A DNA stretch of 45,703 nt from Flavobacterium sp. (GCA_046293575.1 JBKBOP010000001.1:1-45703); one strand, 5' to 3'; counted from the first letter of the stretch, positions 26,929-38,042 are shown. The notes: a model not told the origin generated them from the letters alone. Numbers and translations: made by a program.

Positions 26929-28728
26929 TTAATCTATTTTGTATCTTTTTCTATCATTTTCATTGAGATAAATTTTTCTCAATCGAATCGATTTGGGAGT
27001 CACCTCTACATATTCATCTTTTTGAATGTATTCCAAAGCTTCTTCCAAAGAAAACTTAATAGCAGGCACAATTCTAGTCTTGTCGTCAGCTCCTGCAGAA
27101 CGGAAGTTGGTGAGCTGTTTGGTTTTGGTTATATTCACCACCATATCATCCCCTCTTGAATTTTCTCCAATCACTTGTCCTTCATAAACATCTTCGTTGG
27201 GATCTACAAAAAACTTACCTCTATCTTGAAGTTTGTTGATAGAATAAGGAATCGCTCTTCCGTTTTCCATAGAAATCAACGAACCGTTAATACGTCCTGG
27301 AATTGCCCCTTTATAAGGTTGGTATTCCAAAAATCTATGTGACATAATCGCCTCACCAGCGGTTGCCGTCAATAGTAGGTTTCTTAAACCAATGATACCT
27401 CTTGAAGGAATTAAGAATTTAATTGTCATACGCTCACCTTTTGGGTCCATACTCAACATCTCTCCTTTTCTAACCGTAACGAACTCTACGGCTCTCCCTG
27501 AAAGATTCTCAGGTAAATCGATGGTAAGTTCTTCAATAGGTTCACACTTCACGCCGTCAATTTCTTTGATGATTACCTGAGGTTGTCCAATTTGTAATTC
27601 ATAACCTTCTCTTCTCATGGTTTCAATCAAAACTGACAAGTGCAAAACACCACGTCCAAAAACCATAAACTTATCAGCACTACCGGTATCGCTTAATCTT
27701 AAGGCAAGATTTTTTTCTAATTCTCTCTCTAAACGATCCTTAATGTGTCTTGAGGTAACAAACTTACCTTCTTTTCCAAAAAACGGTGAATCATTAATCG
27801 TGAACAACATACTCATAGTAGGCTCGTCAATGGCGATGGTTTTTAATCCTTCTGGATTTTCTAAATCAGCTACAGTATCCCCAATTTCAAAACCTTCTAA
27901 TCCTACCAAAGCACAAATATCTCCAGCAATCACCGATTCGGTTTTTTTCCTACCCAAACCATCAAAAATGTGAAGCTCTTTAATTTTGGTCTTTAATATT
28001 TTTCCGTCTCTTTTTACTAAAGAAACGCTCATATTTTCTTTTAATTCTCCTCTTTGTAATCTTCCGATGGCAATTCTTCCTGTAAATGATGAGAAATCTA
28101 AAGAGGTAATCAACATTTGCGGCGTTCCTTCAGAAACTTTAGGTGCAGGCACATGTTCCAACACCATATCAAGTAACGGTTCAATATTATCTGTTTGATT
28201 TCTCCAATCATCACTCATCCAGTTGTTCTTGGCTGAACCATATACTGTTGGAAAATCTAACTGCCATTCTTCTGCTCCTAGTTCAAACATTAAGTCAAAT
28301 ACTTTTTCGTGAACTTCTTCGGGTGTACAGTTTTCTTTATCAACCTTATTGATGACTACGCATGGTTTTAATCCTAAATCGACTGCTTTTTGCAATACAA
28401 AACGGGTTTGCGGCATAGGACCTTCAAAAGCATCCACTAAAAGCAAAACACCATCGGCCATATTCAATACACGCTCCACTTCACCACCAAAATCGGCGTG
28501 ACCAGGTGTATCAATGATATTGATTTTTGTGCCTTTGTAAACAACAGAAACATTTTTAGAAACGATGGTAATACCTCTTTCTCTTTCGAGGTCATTACTG
28601 TCAAGAATTAGATCACCCGTATTTTCGTTTTCACGAAAAAGTTGGCAATGGTACATGATTTTGTCAACCAGGGTAGTTTTTCCGTGGTCAACGTGGGCAA
28701 TAATGGCAATATTTCTGATATTTTGCAT
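26929..28728 (-). CDS. typA: Translational GTPase TypA/BipA
   Basis: [63 protein letters not shown]. Start ATG 28728; TACTTTTG promoter at 28755-28748. Confidence 0.97.
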   Translation of the reverse strand: MQNIRNIAIIAHVDHGKTTLVDKIMYHCQLFRENENTGDLILDSNDLERERGITIVSKNVSVVYKGTKINIIDTPGHADFGGEVERVLNMADGVLLLVDAFEGPMPQTRFVLQKAVDLGLKPCVVINKVDKENCTPEEVHEKVFDLMFELGAEEWQLDFPTVYGSAKNNWMSDDWRNQTDNIEPLLDMVLEHVPAPKVSEGTPQMLITSLDFSSFTGRIAIGRLQRGELKENMSVSLVKRDGKILKTKIKELHIFDGLGRKKTESVIAGDICALVGLEGFEIGDTVADLENPEGLKTIAIDEPTMSMLFTINDSPFFGKEGKFVTSRHIKDRLERELEKNLALRLSDTGSADKFMVFGRGVLHLSVLIETMRREGYELQIGQPQVIIKEIDGVKCEPIEELTIDLPENLSGRAVEFVTVRKGEMLSMDPKGERMTIKFLIPSRGIIGLRNLLLTATAGEAIMSHRFLEYQPYKGAIPGRINGSLISMENGRAIPYSINKLQDRGKFFVDPNEDVYEGQVIGENSRGDDMVVNITKTKQLTNFRSAGADDKTRIVPAIKFSLEEALEYIQKDEYVEVTPKSIRLRKIYLNENDRKRYKID

Positions 28729-28842
28729 GGGTATAATTTTCAGGGTGCAAAAGTACACATATTTTCCTGATAAAAAATTTTAGAACCCAAATGATAGAGA
28801 ATTAACGTTTTAATCATATTAAAACACTAATAAAAGAAGTAT

Positions 28843-30315
28843 TTATTTTTGAAATGATTTCAAAAAGGGAATGTATTTTAAAAGTTGAGTATTGATATCT
28901 TCTGAAATACGAGTATAAAAATGAATAATGACATATACCAAACTCACCAAAACAGATTTCAAAATGATGTTGATCAAAGGATGAAAAGAAAATGACCACC
29001 AATAAAAAAGCAAAAATGAAAAACTTAAGATGCAAAGTGACCCCAATGTTTTAACCGTAAAAGGAAATAGCTTCATTTTTAACACCACAAAAAGAGCTTT
29101 GGCAATACTATATAATCCAATGGAAATTAAGGTAGCCCAGGCTGCACCAGAAATCCCATACAAAGGAATAAACATTCGGTTCAAAGTCACAGTGACCACC
29201 ACCAAACACAATCCTAAAAACAAAACCGTGCGGTAGTACCTAGAGTTAAAAATAATGGAATTGTTATTACCTAGCATCAAGTCAAAGTACTTGGAAATAG
29301 CTATAATAAAAACAACAATAATTCCTCCACTATAACTCTCTGGAAGCAAAGCATAGATATCATTGATATTAGTCAAAATCCCAAGCATTATCAATCCCCC
29401 GATAACTTGGAGGGTGATGGAAGTTTTTTTATACAACACATTGAGCTCCTCCCATTTTTTTAAAGCCATCAATTCTGTGGTGATGGGATGTGTGATTTGA
29501 TGCATAGCCCGCATGGGTACCGAAATGGTTAATGCCATAAAAATGGCCACTGAGTAAAAGGCGGCTTCCTCAATGGGAATATATTGACCAATCATAAACT
29601 TATCAATATCTAAAAGTAAAACAGCAATTCCAGAGGAGAATATGATGAATCCAGAATAGATGATGATTTCTTTTTTCTGTTTGGGAAACTTCAAGTGAAA
29701 TTCTGGTTTTCTAATGCGAAAGGCGATGAAAGCCATCACTATCATAGTGAATGCATAAATACCTAATAAACTATACACAAACTGCTCATTGGTTATAACA
29801 TCAAAATAAACAGCAAACAAAAAAATGGAAATCAATACTCGAAGTAGCACTTCCTTGATAAAATTTCCTGCCACCGACTTCATTTGTACTTTTACCCATG
29901 CATAGAATATTTCAAAATATCCCATGAATAAGGCTATGAGTGGGATAATCCAAACATACTTATAAATGATTTTATTTTCTGAAGACAAGGCTAAAGCGAT
30001 AGGTTCATACAACTCAAAGAGCAATACAAAAACAGGAATAATAACAACCAAAGGCAATACCAATACAAAATTTAGAAAACCAGACTTATCCTCCTCAGAT
30101 TCATGCTCCGAATAAAATTTTATCAAGGTATTTTGAATACCAAAAGCCATTAAGGGCATTAGAATATTCGCTGTTGAAAGTAAAAAAGCCGTAAGTCCAT
30201 AGAATTCCTCTCCTAAAAAGTGGGTGTACATAAACAGGGCATTTACCGCTCCGATGGCAAAGCCTATAAAAGTGGTAATCGTATTGGTTAGTGATTGTTT
30301 TAAGATAACCCCCAT
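28843..30315 (-). CDS. Wzx/MOP-family oligosaccharide flippase
   Basis: About 14 TM helices, IDKFMI, FYSVA, IPLYGISGAAWAT. Confidence 0.85.
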   Translation of the reverse strand: MGVILKQSLTNTITTFIGFAIGAVNALFMYTHFLGEEFYGLTAFLLSTANILMPLMAFGIQNTLIKFYSEHESEEDKSGFLNFVLVLPLVVIIPVFVLLFELYEPIALALSSENKIIYKYVWIIPLIALFMGYFEIFYAWVKVQMKSVAGNFIKEVLLRVLISIFLFAVYFDVITNEQFVYSLLGIYAFTMIVMAFIAFRIRKPEFHLKFPKQKKEIIIYSGFIIFSSGIAVLLLDIDKFMIGQYIPIEEAAFYSVAIFMALTISVPMRAMHQITHPITTELMALKKWEELNVLYKKTSITLQVIGGLIMLGILTNINDIYALLPESYSGGIIVVFIIAISKYFDLMLGNNNSIIFNSRYYRTVLFLGLCLVVVTVTLNRMFIPLYGISGAAWATLISIGLYSIAKALFVVLKMKLFPFTVKTLGSLCILSFSFLLFYWWSFSFHPLINIILKSVLVSLVYVIIHFYTRISEDINTQLLKYIPFLKSFQK

Positions 30316-30365
30316 GGCAACAACATAAATTCTTGTAAAACTAACACAAAGTTGTGAAAATAAAA

Positions 30366-31667
30366 CTACTTCAACATTCCATTTAGAACCTCAGCCAATT
30401 TTTGGGTAAGTGCTTTGCGATGATACGGCTGTATTCCAATAGGATGGGTCGTTATGGTTCCTTGTTCAAATTCTTTAAATAATTCAAGAAGATGTGCTTT
30501 GACTTCTTCAACGGAATTGTAATTAAAAAAGGTACCTGTGTTTGTATTTTTCAAGATGGGTTCAATGTCAGACCCTTCAGGTCCAAAGGCCATGATGGGT
30601 CTGCCTGAGATCATGTATTCAAATAATTTGCCGGGTAGTATGCATTTGGTCTCTTCCTTGTTCATTTCAATCAGGAGTAACACTTGAGATTTTCTTTGCT
30701 CTTCAACTGCTTTTTCGTGGGGTAAGTACCCTAACAAATCCAATGCATCCGTTAAACGGAATTCCTTCAGTGTATCTAGAATTTCCTGACTGACCTTTCC
30801 TACTAGTTTTAGACGCATTTTTGATTTAAAATCTTGAGATTCTTTGCGAAGTTCCCTCAAAGCTTTCCATAAAATTCTAGGATTTCGCTCAGAGAGTAAA
30901 GAACCTATATGGGCTATCGTAAAATGAGTATCAAGAGCAAGCTTGCCGACTGAACTATCGTCGTAGCCATTCGTAATCACATGTATTGGCTGTGAAGTGA
31001 GGGATGAAAACTCTTGTGCAGTCGTTGGGCTAGTCACTATCACCCTATCGACTGATTGGAGTACTTTTTTCTCTAGCATCTTGTGCTTTTGTTTTGAGTT
31101 TTCTGTAAGTTTTAATTCTTTTTGGTACCCAATTGTGGTCCACGGATCTCTAAAATCGGCCAACCAAGGAAGTTGTAATTTTTCTTGAAGAGATAGTCCA
31201 ATGAGGTGGAGACTGTGAGGTGGTCCGGTGGTAACAACAACATCAACAGGATAATCTTTTAAATACTTTTCCAAAAAAGTAACCGAGGGTTTAACCCAAG
31301 AAACACGTGCATCTGGGATAAAACAATTCCCCCGAATCCATAGTAATAGTTTGTCTACAATCGTTTGTTTTCGCTGAGCAGGGATTAATCCCGAACTTAT
31401 GTTCTTGGTTGTTTTTCTACTCAACCAAGTAGCTATTTTATAAGGTTCCTTAATTGGAAATCGAATGATGTTAAGGTTGTTTGGGACTTCAAGTGTTAAG
31501 TCTTCATCAATAATGGGATAGGTTGGATTGTCTGGTATAAAAATGGTAGGTTCAACTCCAAACTCTGGGAGGTATTTTGCAAATTTTAACCATCGCTGCA
31601 CCCCAGGACCTCCGGCGGGAGGCCAATAATAAGCTATGATTAAAATCTTGATTTGGTTTGTTTGCAA
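30366..31667 (-). CDS. GT4-family glycosyltransferase
   Basis: YYWPPAGGPGVQRWLKF, TTGPPHS, DFRDPW, ITNGYD, PGKLFEY; TTG start. Confidence 0.9.
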   Translation of the reverse strand: MQTNQIKILIIAYYWPPAGGPGVQRWLKFAKYLPEFGVEPTIFIPDNPTYPIIDEDLTLEVPNNLNIIRFPIKEPYKIATWLSRKTTKNISSGLIPAQRKQTIVDKLLLWIRGNCFIPDARVSWVKPSVTFLEKYLKDYPVDVVVTTGPPHSLHLIGLSLQEKLQLPWLADFRDPWTTIGYQKELKLTENSKQKHKMLEKKVLQSVDRVIVTSPTTAQEFSSLTSQPIHVITNGYDDSSVGKLALDTHFTIAHIGSLLSERNPRILWKALRELRKESQDFKSKMRLKLVGKVSQEILDTLKEFRLTDALDLLGYLPHEKAVEEQRKSQVLLLIEMNKEETKCILPGKLFEYMISGRPIMAFGPEGSDIEPILKNTNTGTFFNYNSVEEVKAHLLELFKEFEQGTITTHPIGIQPYHRKALTQKLAEVLNGMLK

Positions 31668-31745
31668 TGTCTGGAATGTAATTGTAACGAAGAAAATAAA
31701 TATTATTCTCCATTTATTTTATTTAAATATTAAATATACAATCGA

Positions 31746-31910
31746 TCATTTTTTAGGATATATTTTTGGTGCGTTTTTAAACGTATAAGAAAGCTCAATT
31801 ATTGCCATTAATCGCTCTAACCGTTCAGCATAAGAAAGTGATAATATTTCAGCTATTCGTTTTGATTCCAGTTCTTTGGGGTCTCCGTGATGTAAAACTG
31901 CTTTATTCAT
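31746..31910 (-). CDS. Small 54-aa protein not in the ORF track
   Basis: MNKAVLHHGDPKELESKRIAEILSLSYAERLERLMAIIELSYTFKNAPKIYPKK; consensus TATATTTG promoter at 31935-31928. Confidence 0.65.
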   Translation of the reverse strand: MNKAVLHHGDPKELESKRIAEILSLSYAERLERLMAIIELSYTFKNAPKIYPKK

Positions 31911-31957
31911 CTTATGATTTGTTCAACCAAATATACAAATAAAAATACAGGCTTCTT

Positions 31958-34399
31958 TTAGGCTTTCTTTGAACGTTTTTTGACTTCAACATACATCCCA
32001 CCCGCTAAAAGCAACAACATTCCAATCGAACTAAATAAAGCAATAGAGCTTCCCTTTTTCACCACTTCAGGTTCAAATTTGAATTCAATCGTTTGATTTC
32101 CAGCGGGAACTTTTAGTGCTCTTAAAACATAATTCACTCTAAAAATATCTGCTTCTTTTCCATTTATAGTCGCTACCCAGCCTTTTGGATAATATACTTC
32201 AGAAAAAACGGCAACTCCCTCGTTGGTATTTTGACTTTGGTATTTTAAGTAATTGGGTTGATACTCCACCAAAGTAATTTGACTTAAACTATCCGTTACA
32301 AATGGAACATTCAATACTTCTTTGGCAATTACAGGAAACTCAGAAATACTGATGATTGATTTTTCTTTGGTGTCCACCTCCTTTAAGGATTGAATAAACT
32401 CGTCAGCAGTAAGCACTCCTTCCACTTGATTGACAAACCATGCGTTGCCGTTGGCTTCGCTATTAAAAGCATACATCATCCCTTCTTCTCCTCGTTGCAA
32501 TACATACTTCACATTAAACATGTTTAGGATTTCAGTATTATTTTTGGTAAGATGATAATCATACAACTGTTGGATTCGTTGTGGTTTCACCGCACTATAA
32601 CCCCCTAAAGAGGAATGAAAAAACGAAGCACGGGCACTCGACATTCCACCTTGAGGTTCAAAAACCCGAAAATGTAAATCGTCATCTTCTAAAATTTCTT
32701 TATCTGCTTCAGTGGCTTGAAAAGGCATATCCATTTCACGGGCATTGACAAAATGTTCGTTATTAACATAATTTTTATTGATAAGTACTAAATCGGCTAC
32801 CATTAAAGTCCCAACCAAAACCACCGTAACTGTGGTCGATATCATTTTTTTGAAAGAAGCAAACAACACTACTGCCGCCAAAATCATAAAAATACCCGAA
32901 CGGAGAAGATCACTTACATACATTGCCTTACGATCTTCAATTAAGGCCTTGACGAATCCTGGACCTATCTCACCATAAGCTTGTTCATAATAGCCATCAT
33001 TTAATCCAGAGAAAGAAAACGAGCCTTTAAACAACCATAAAAAAATCAAAATGCCCAACCCTGTGATGGTAGTCCATTTTAAAGATTTTAAACGTTGACT
33101 ATCTTCAGATTTAAGAAAGGACTGTAACCCTAACACAGCTAATACTGGTAAACACAATTCGAGTACAACTTGTATAGAAGATACCGCTCTAAATTTGTTA
33201 TACAAAGGAACATAATCGATAAAAAAGTTGGTCAACCCTGGGAAATTTTTACCCCAAGATAGCATCAATGAAACGATGGCTCCGGTTAAAAAAACATATT
33301 TTATTTTTCGCTTTTCAACGAACAAAGCCAATAGCATCAAAAAGAAAACAATGGCTCCCACATAAGCGGGTGCAGCCACTATGGGTTGATCTCCCCAATA
33401 GGTAGGGCCTTCTGCAGCAAATTGTTTGGCTTCTTGAGGGGAAGCACCCAAAGAAATAGCAAAGTCATAAAGGTTACTCTTCTCGCCCAACTTCTCGCTG
33501 TTCCCACCACCAAACAATCTTGGAGCAATGAGATTGAAACTCTCTGCTTTTCCATAACTGTATTCTGTGATGTATTCGTAACTCATTCCTGTTTTGGTGG
33601 TCATAGGTGAACCATCAGGATGTATAGTTAGTTCGTTTTTACCTCTTGTACTAAAATCAGTATATTCAGATGTAGCTAAAAGATTGGTTGCATTGGCTCC
33701 TATGGCTAGTATACCCGCAATAGCAAAAACACCCAAAGATTTTCCCAGAGCAACAACATCTTCCTCTTTGATACGTTGAACTCCATAATACACTCCAATA
33801 ATGATGAGTAGCAATAGCAGATAATACGTCATTTGAAAGTGATTGGCTTGTATTTCCAAAGCTGCGGCTACCATAGTTAAAAGTCCGCCCAAAATATAAC
33901 GTCTTTGAAAAACCAGTAACACTCCTGCTACTACCATGGGCATGTAGGCAATAGCATGAGCTTTCGCATTATGGCCAACCCCTAAGATGATGATGAGATA
34001 CGTGGAAAATCCAAAAGCCAAGGCTCCAAAAAATGCTTTGAGCGGATCAATTTTCAAGACACATAAAAGTATGTAAAAACCAATGAAATATAAAAAGAGG
34101 TAATCTGCTGGTCGGGGTAAAAACCTCAAGGCCGAATCTAATTTCTTGATATAATTATGTGGATACTTAGCTCCTAACTGATAGGTTGGCATCCCACCAA
34201 AGGCAGCATTGGTCCAATAAGGCTCTTCTCCGGTTTCAGCTCGAAAATCGTTTTGCTCTTTGGCCATTCCGGTATACTGAACAATATCAGATTGGTATAT
34301 TTTCTTCCCTTGTAAAACAGGATAAAAATAAGCCAATGAAACAAAAATAAAACCTATGAGAACAAGAAGATGAGGATAAAATATTTTGATTTTTAACAT
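31958..34399 (-). CDS. YfhO-family (GT-C-like) membrane protein
   Basis: QSDI, WTN..FGGMPTY, GHNAK, NHFQMTYY, YWGDQP, SLGGYSA, FSEVYYPKGW, RVNYVLRAL. Confidence 0.9.
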   Translation of the reverse strand: MLKIKIFYPHLLVLIGFIFVSLAYFYPVLQGKKIYQSDIVQYTGMAKEQNDFRAETGEEPYWTNAAFGGMPTYQLGAKYPHNYIKKLDSALRFLPRPADYLFLYFIGFYILLCVLKIDPLKAFFGALAFGFSTYLIIILGVGHNAKAHAIAYMPMVVAGVLLVFQRRYILGGLLTMVAAALEIQANHFQMTYYLLLLLIIIGVYYGVQRIKEEDVVALGKSLGVFAIAGILAIGANATNLLATSEYTDFSTRGKNELTIHPDGSPMTTKTGMSYEYITEYSYGKAESFNLIAPRLFGGGNSEKLGEKSNLYDFAISLGASPQEAKQFAAEGPTYWGDQPIVAAPAYVGAIVFFLMLLALFVEKRKIKYVFLTGAIVSLMLSWGKNFPGLTNFFIDYVPLYNKFRAVSSIQVVLELCLPVLAVLGLQSFLKSEDSQRLKSLKWTTITGLGILIFLWLFKGSFSFSGLNDGYYEQAYGEIGPGFVKALIEDRKAMYVSDLLRSGIFMILAAVVLFASFKKMISTTVTVVLVGTLMVADLVLINKNYVNNEHFVNAREMDMPFQATEADKEILEDDDLHFRVFEPQGGMSSARASFFHSSLGGYSAVKPQRIQQLYDYHLTKNNTEILNMFNVKYVLQRGEEGMMYAFNSEANGNAWFVNQVEGVLTADEFIQSLKEVDTKEKSIISISEFPVIAKEVLNVPFVTDSLSQITLVEYQPNYLKYQSQNTNEGVAVFSEVYYPKGWVATINGKEADIFRVNYVLRALKVPAGNQTIEFKFEPEVVKKGSSIALFSSIGMLLLLAGGMYVEVKKRSKKA

Positions 34400-35577
34400 T
34401 AATGCAGTATTAATTTTTGAATATGAATCACTTGATTATCTGAGTTTTTAAGTTCAATATAGTGCAATCCTGTGGAATTTACTTCAGCTAAAGAAATACA
34501 ATCAGAAAATCCATTGGCAGAGAAGACCATTCTACCAAAAGAATCAAATAATGTAATCTGTACAACCATTTCTGAATCATTCAAACAAAGATTATATGAA
34601 TCTTTATGTAAAGGATTGGGAACTAATTCAATCGATTTAGGTTTATATTCTGGCAAACTTAAAGAATTGCATTCAAGTATGTCGATTCCTTTGTGTGTAA
34701 GTAGATAATCTTTTATGACATTACTAAAGTTCAGTGCAAACAATTCTCTGTTATTTGTAGTGTCTCTCAATCCAGAAAAATGGAGTTCCATTTGCAAACC
34801 ATTGATATTGTTGTTTTCTGAATAACAACTGTGATTTGCCAAAATATACCCCCCACTAAAATAATTACTACTTAAGCCAGGAAACGGAATTTGAGTACTA
34901 GGAACAGATGAAAAACCATTATTCATCAACAAGGTACCAAAAGAAAAGGGACCTCTTAATAACTGAGCATGAGTGTAATTGTTTAAATTGTTAAGAGCAA
35001 GTTCTTTGATAGAACTGTAGTTTAAAAAAGTGTTAGAATTTAAGACTTGGTCTGAAAGTTCAAGTTCATCGTCATACAACAAATATCCTAATTCTATTCT
35101 ATTAATTGGATTACCATGGCCATGCAAGTCTACAAAAAATTGTTGTGTTCCATACTGTTGAGTAACGGTTTGTTGTGCTTGGGTTATAAAATTATGAAAT
35201 TCAATCCATGCATTAACACCTTGTAAATTTCCACAAGCCCCATTTTGCAAGTTTCGATTGGGGTCTAATTTTCTTCTATGTAAATGTGAAGTTATTATAT
35301 GTGGGTAGCAACCCGTTAAATCAAATAAAGCTTGGTTTATAGCTTGTGTCGTTTGTATTGTGTTAACATCAGTAGCAAAAACGGGACTATTACAAGATCG
35401 GTCAGGAATATCATTAGGTTCTAAGTTACCTCCATGTGACACAGAGATAACTATTGGAAGCGTCCCTATTTGATAACTGATATATAGGTTGGCACCCCAT
35501 AACACTTCCTGAGCATTTGATTGTAAAAAACATGAAAGAAAAAAAACAAAAATCAGTTTACAGAAAGTCTTTTTCAT
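34399..35577 (-). CDS. Secreted N-formylglutamate-amidohydrolase-like metallohydrolase with probable T9SS type-A CTD
   Basis: Signal peptide; SVSHGG, HRRKLDPNR, DLHGH, YFSGGY, QMEL; C-terminal VPNP..LFDSFGR..GLHYI..KLILH. Confidence 0.7.
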   Translation of the reverse strand: MKKTFCKLIFVFFLSCFLQSNAQEVLWGANLYISYQIGTLPIVISVSHGGNLEPNDIPDRSCNSPVFATDVNTIQTTQAINQALFDLTGCYPHIITSHLHRRKLDPNRNLQNGACGNLQGVNAWIEFHNFITQAQQTVTQQYGTQQFFVDLHGHGNPINRIELGYLLYDDELELSDQVLNSNTFLNYSSIKELALNNLNNYTHAQLLRGPFSFGTLLMNNGFSSVPSTQIPFPGLSSNYFSGGYILANHSCYSENNNINGLQMELHFSGLRDTTNNRELFALNFSNVIKDYLLTHKGIDILECNSLSLPEYKPKSIELVPNPLHKDSYNLCLNDSEMVVQITLFDSFGRMVFSANGFSDCISLAEVNSTGLHYIELKNSDNQVIHIQKLILH

Positions 35578-35586
35578 TTCTAAAAG

Positions 35587-35850
35587 TTATTCAATTTCTT
35601 CGTAATCAATATATTCTCCAACCTTCTTCTTGGATTGCAAGTCAGTTTTTTTGGATGGCCCACTTGTCTGCGAATGATTTTGTTGCTGTTGAAACTGTTC
35701 CGCTTGACGACGGAAATTCTCTTCAGCTTTATTCACCATTTTACGCATTAAGATCGGCAGTAAAAATCTGCTTAAGAATTTTAAAACGTAGTATATCAAC
35801 AAAATAATAAGAATCGTTCTTAGAACGCCCTGAAATGATGCCTCCTGCAT
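35587..35850 (-). CDS. DUF4834-like small membrane protein
   Basis: One TM helix, Q-rich linker, C-terminal GEYIDYEEI; ATG 35850 preferred. Confidence 0.8.
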   Translation of the reverse strand: MQEASFQGVLRTILIILLIYYVLKFLSRFLLPILMRKMVNKAEENFRRQAEQFQQQQNHSQTSGPSKKTDLQSKKKVGEYIDYEEIE

Positions 35851-35964
35851 AGGTATTCGTTTTGGGGGTAAAAATAACAAAACTCTAAGGGATTCTTTCA
35901 CAAGTCCTGCTAAATAAATGATAAAACCTTATCTTTGGTAGCGTTCAATTAGCCTATCCATTTC

Positions 35965-36921
35965 ATGAAAAAACAAATTATTTATTCTTGTTGTATTGCG
36001 GTTGTATCTGCAATTCCAATGTTCGGGCAACATACCGATGTTATTAACTCCAACCGACCTGGTGAATCTATGACTGCTTTTTCAGTGGGTAAAAAAGTTT
36101 TTCAATTGGAAAGCGGACTTTATTACCATCAAGAAGACCATCGAACTTTAGAGTATGATGCCACTGGATTTGGATTGAATCTCGATGTTCGTTTTGGGTA
36201 TTTTCTGGAACAACTCGAATTCATTGTAAACTCTCAATTTCAAATGGATAAATACAATGCTGTAGGTTTTAATGAGAGTAGAAGTGGGTTTAGAAATTTG
36301 AATTTAGGAGCCAAATACTTGGTCTATGATCCTTTCAAAAACTATGTAGAAAAACCTAATTTATACAGTTGGAAAGCCAATCAGAAATTTAAGTGGAGAA
36401 GATTGATTCCAGCAGTAGCGGTGTATACTGGAGCTCAATTTAGCATTGGAGATACTTATTTTTTACCCGATCAGCCTTCGGTGAGTCCAAGAGCGATGGT
36501 CATCACCCAACAACACATTACGAATCAAACCGTATTTGTGACCAATATTTTTGCGAATCAAATTGGTACAGATTTTAGTCAGTTTGGCTTTATCGCCACC
36601 TTAACCCTTGGATTTAACGATAAATGGTCTGGCTTCTGGGAATTTAAAGGCATTAAAAGTGATTACTACAGCGATAGCATTGTCACCGCAGGTGCGGCTT
36701 ATTTATTGATGCCCAATTTTCAACTTGATGCCTCTATCAGTAAAAACTTCAAAGACACCCCTGATCTTTTTTACGGCGGTATCGGATTTTCATGGAGAAT
36801 TGATGATAAACATGAACCGGTGAGACTTGAGGACAAAGGAAGCGGACCAGAGGAAAAAAGAGCAGGCAAGAAAAAGGATAAAAAGAAAAGAAAAGACGCC
36901 ATCGAATTAGAAAACCCATGA
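35965..36921 (+). CDS. Outer-membrane channel, Phenol_MetA_deg/COG4313-like 'transporter'
   Basis: Signal peptide, INSNRPG, V.K..FQLE.G, amphipathic beta strands, FQLDAS, GFSWR; TATCTTTG promoter at 35930-35937. Confidence 0.72.
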   Translation: MKKQIIYSCCIAVVSAIPMFGQHTDVINSNRPGESMTAFSVGKKVFQLESGLYYHQEDHRTLEYDATGFGLNLDVRFGYFLEQLEFIVNSQFQMDKYNAVGFNESRSGFRNLNLGAKYLVYDPFKNYVEKPNLYSWKANQKFKWRRLIPAVAVYTGAQFSIGDTYFLPDQPSVSPRAMVITQQHITNQTVFVTNIFANQIGTDFSQFGFIATLTLGFNDKWSGFWEFKGIKSDYYSDSIVTAGAAYLLMPNFQLDASISKNFKDTPDLFYGGIGFSWRIDDKHEPVRLEDKGSGPEEKRAGKKKDKKKRKDAIELENP

Positions 36922-38042
36922 GTAGAATTATTGTTAGAGAGGCCAATACTCCGGCTTTGATGAAAGATTATGTAATGTTTCCATTCAAATTGTATGAGAA
37001 CCACCCCTATTGGGTACCTCCTCTCATTAATGATGAATTGGAAACACTAGACAAAACCAAAAACCCTGCTTTTGACGGTGCTGAGGCAAAATTTTATCTC
37101 GCTTACATTGGGAAAGAAATCGTGGGTCGGATGGCTGCCATTATTAATAGAGATGAAATTAAGCTACTGAATAAACATAAAATAAGATTTGGTTGGTGGG
37201 ATGTTATAGACGATGTTGATGTAACCAAAGCTTTGCTTGATAAAGTGATTGAATGGGGCAGAAAAGAAAAACTTGAAAATATTGAAGGTCCCATGGGGTT
37301 CTCCAACCTTGATAAAGTTGGTGTCATCAGTGAAGGATATGATTTCATGGGAAGCATGATTACTTGGTACAATTATCCCTATTACATAACTCACTTAGAG
37401 ACTTTAGGTTTGGTAAAAGAAAAAGAATACCATGAAAGTTGGTTCTCCTTTTCATCTGTTGACACCAAATTTTTTGAAAGGGCCGCAGAATTTATTGCAA
37501 AAAGGTATCAACTAAAAGCAGTTCGGTTCACTAAAACAATAGACATATTACCTTATGTGGATGATATGTTTGAACTGTTCAATACTACCTATGCTAAACT
37601 GGCCTCTTTTGTTCCCATAAATGAGAAACAGATTGAGTATTATAAGAAAAAATACATTCCTTTTATTAATCCAGAATACATCAAATTTATCTTGGATAAA
37701 GATGACAACATGATTGCTTTTAGTATAGTGATGCCGGGGTTCTCAGAGGCACTCAAAAAATCTAAGGGAAGACTTTTTCCTTTTGGATTCTATCATTTAT
37801 TAAAAGCTCGAAAGAACAGTAAAGAAGTACTTTTTTACCTTATCGGTGTGGATCCTGAATACCAAAACAAAGGTGTTACTGCTTTGATTATGAAAGAGTA
37901 CTATGAAGTTTTTGTTAGAAAAGGTATTGAAACCTGTGTGAGAACTCCCGAACTAGAGGAAAACCATGCGATTCACAACCTCTGGAAAAACTTTGATTCT
38001 CGCGTATTGAGAAAAAGAAGAACCTATCGTTTAGACCTCTAA
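36918..38042 (+). CDS. YghO-like tandem-GNAT acyltransferase (bacterial ceramide-synthase-like)
   Basis: FP..LY...PYWVPPL, GRMAAI, RFGW.D, EGPMGFS, YNYPYY, GVDPEYQNKG acyl-CoA motif, LEEN; ATGA overlap with the upstream gene. Confidence 0.75.
   Translation: MSRIIVREANTPALMKDYVMFPFKLYENHPYWVPPLINDELETLDKTKNPAFDGAEAKFYLAYIGKEIVGRMAAIINRDEIKLLNKHKIRFGWWDVIDDVDVTKALLDKVIEWGRKEKLENIEGPMGFSNLDKVGVISEGYDFMGSMITWYNYPYYITHLETLGLVKEKEYHESWFSFSSVDTKFFERAAEFIAKRYQLKAVRFTKTIDILPYVDDMFELFNTTYAKLASFVPINEKQIEYYKKKYIPFINPEYIKFILDKDDNMIAFSIVMPGFSEALKKSKGRLFPFGFYHLLKARKNSKEVLFYLIGVDPEYQNKGVTALIMKEYYEVFVRKGIETCVRTPELEENHAIHNLWKNFDSRVLRKRRTYRLDL

Noticed and set aside
36918-38042. 'GTP cyclohydrolase' label often attached to this family
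   Set aside because: No cyclohydrolase motifs; a GNAT acyl-CoA-binding motif is present.
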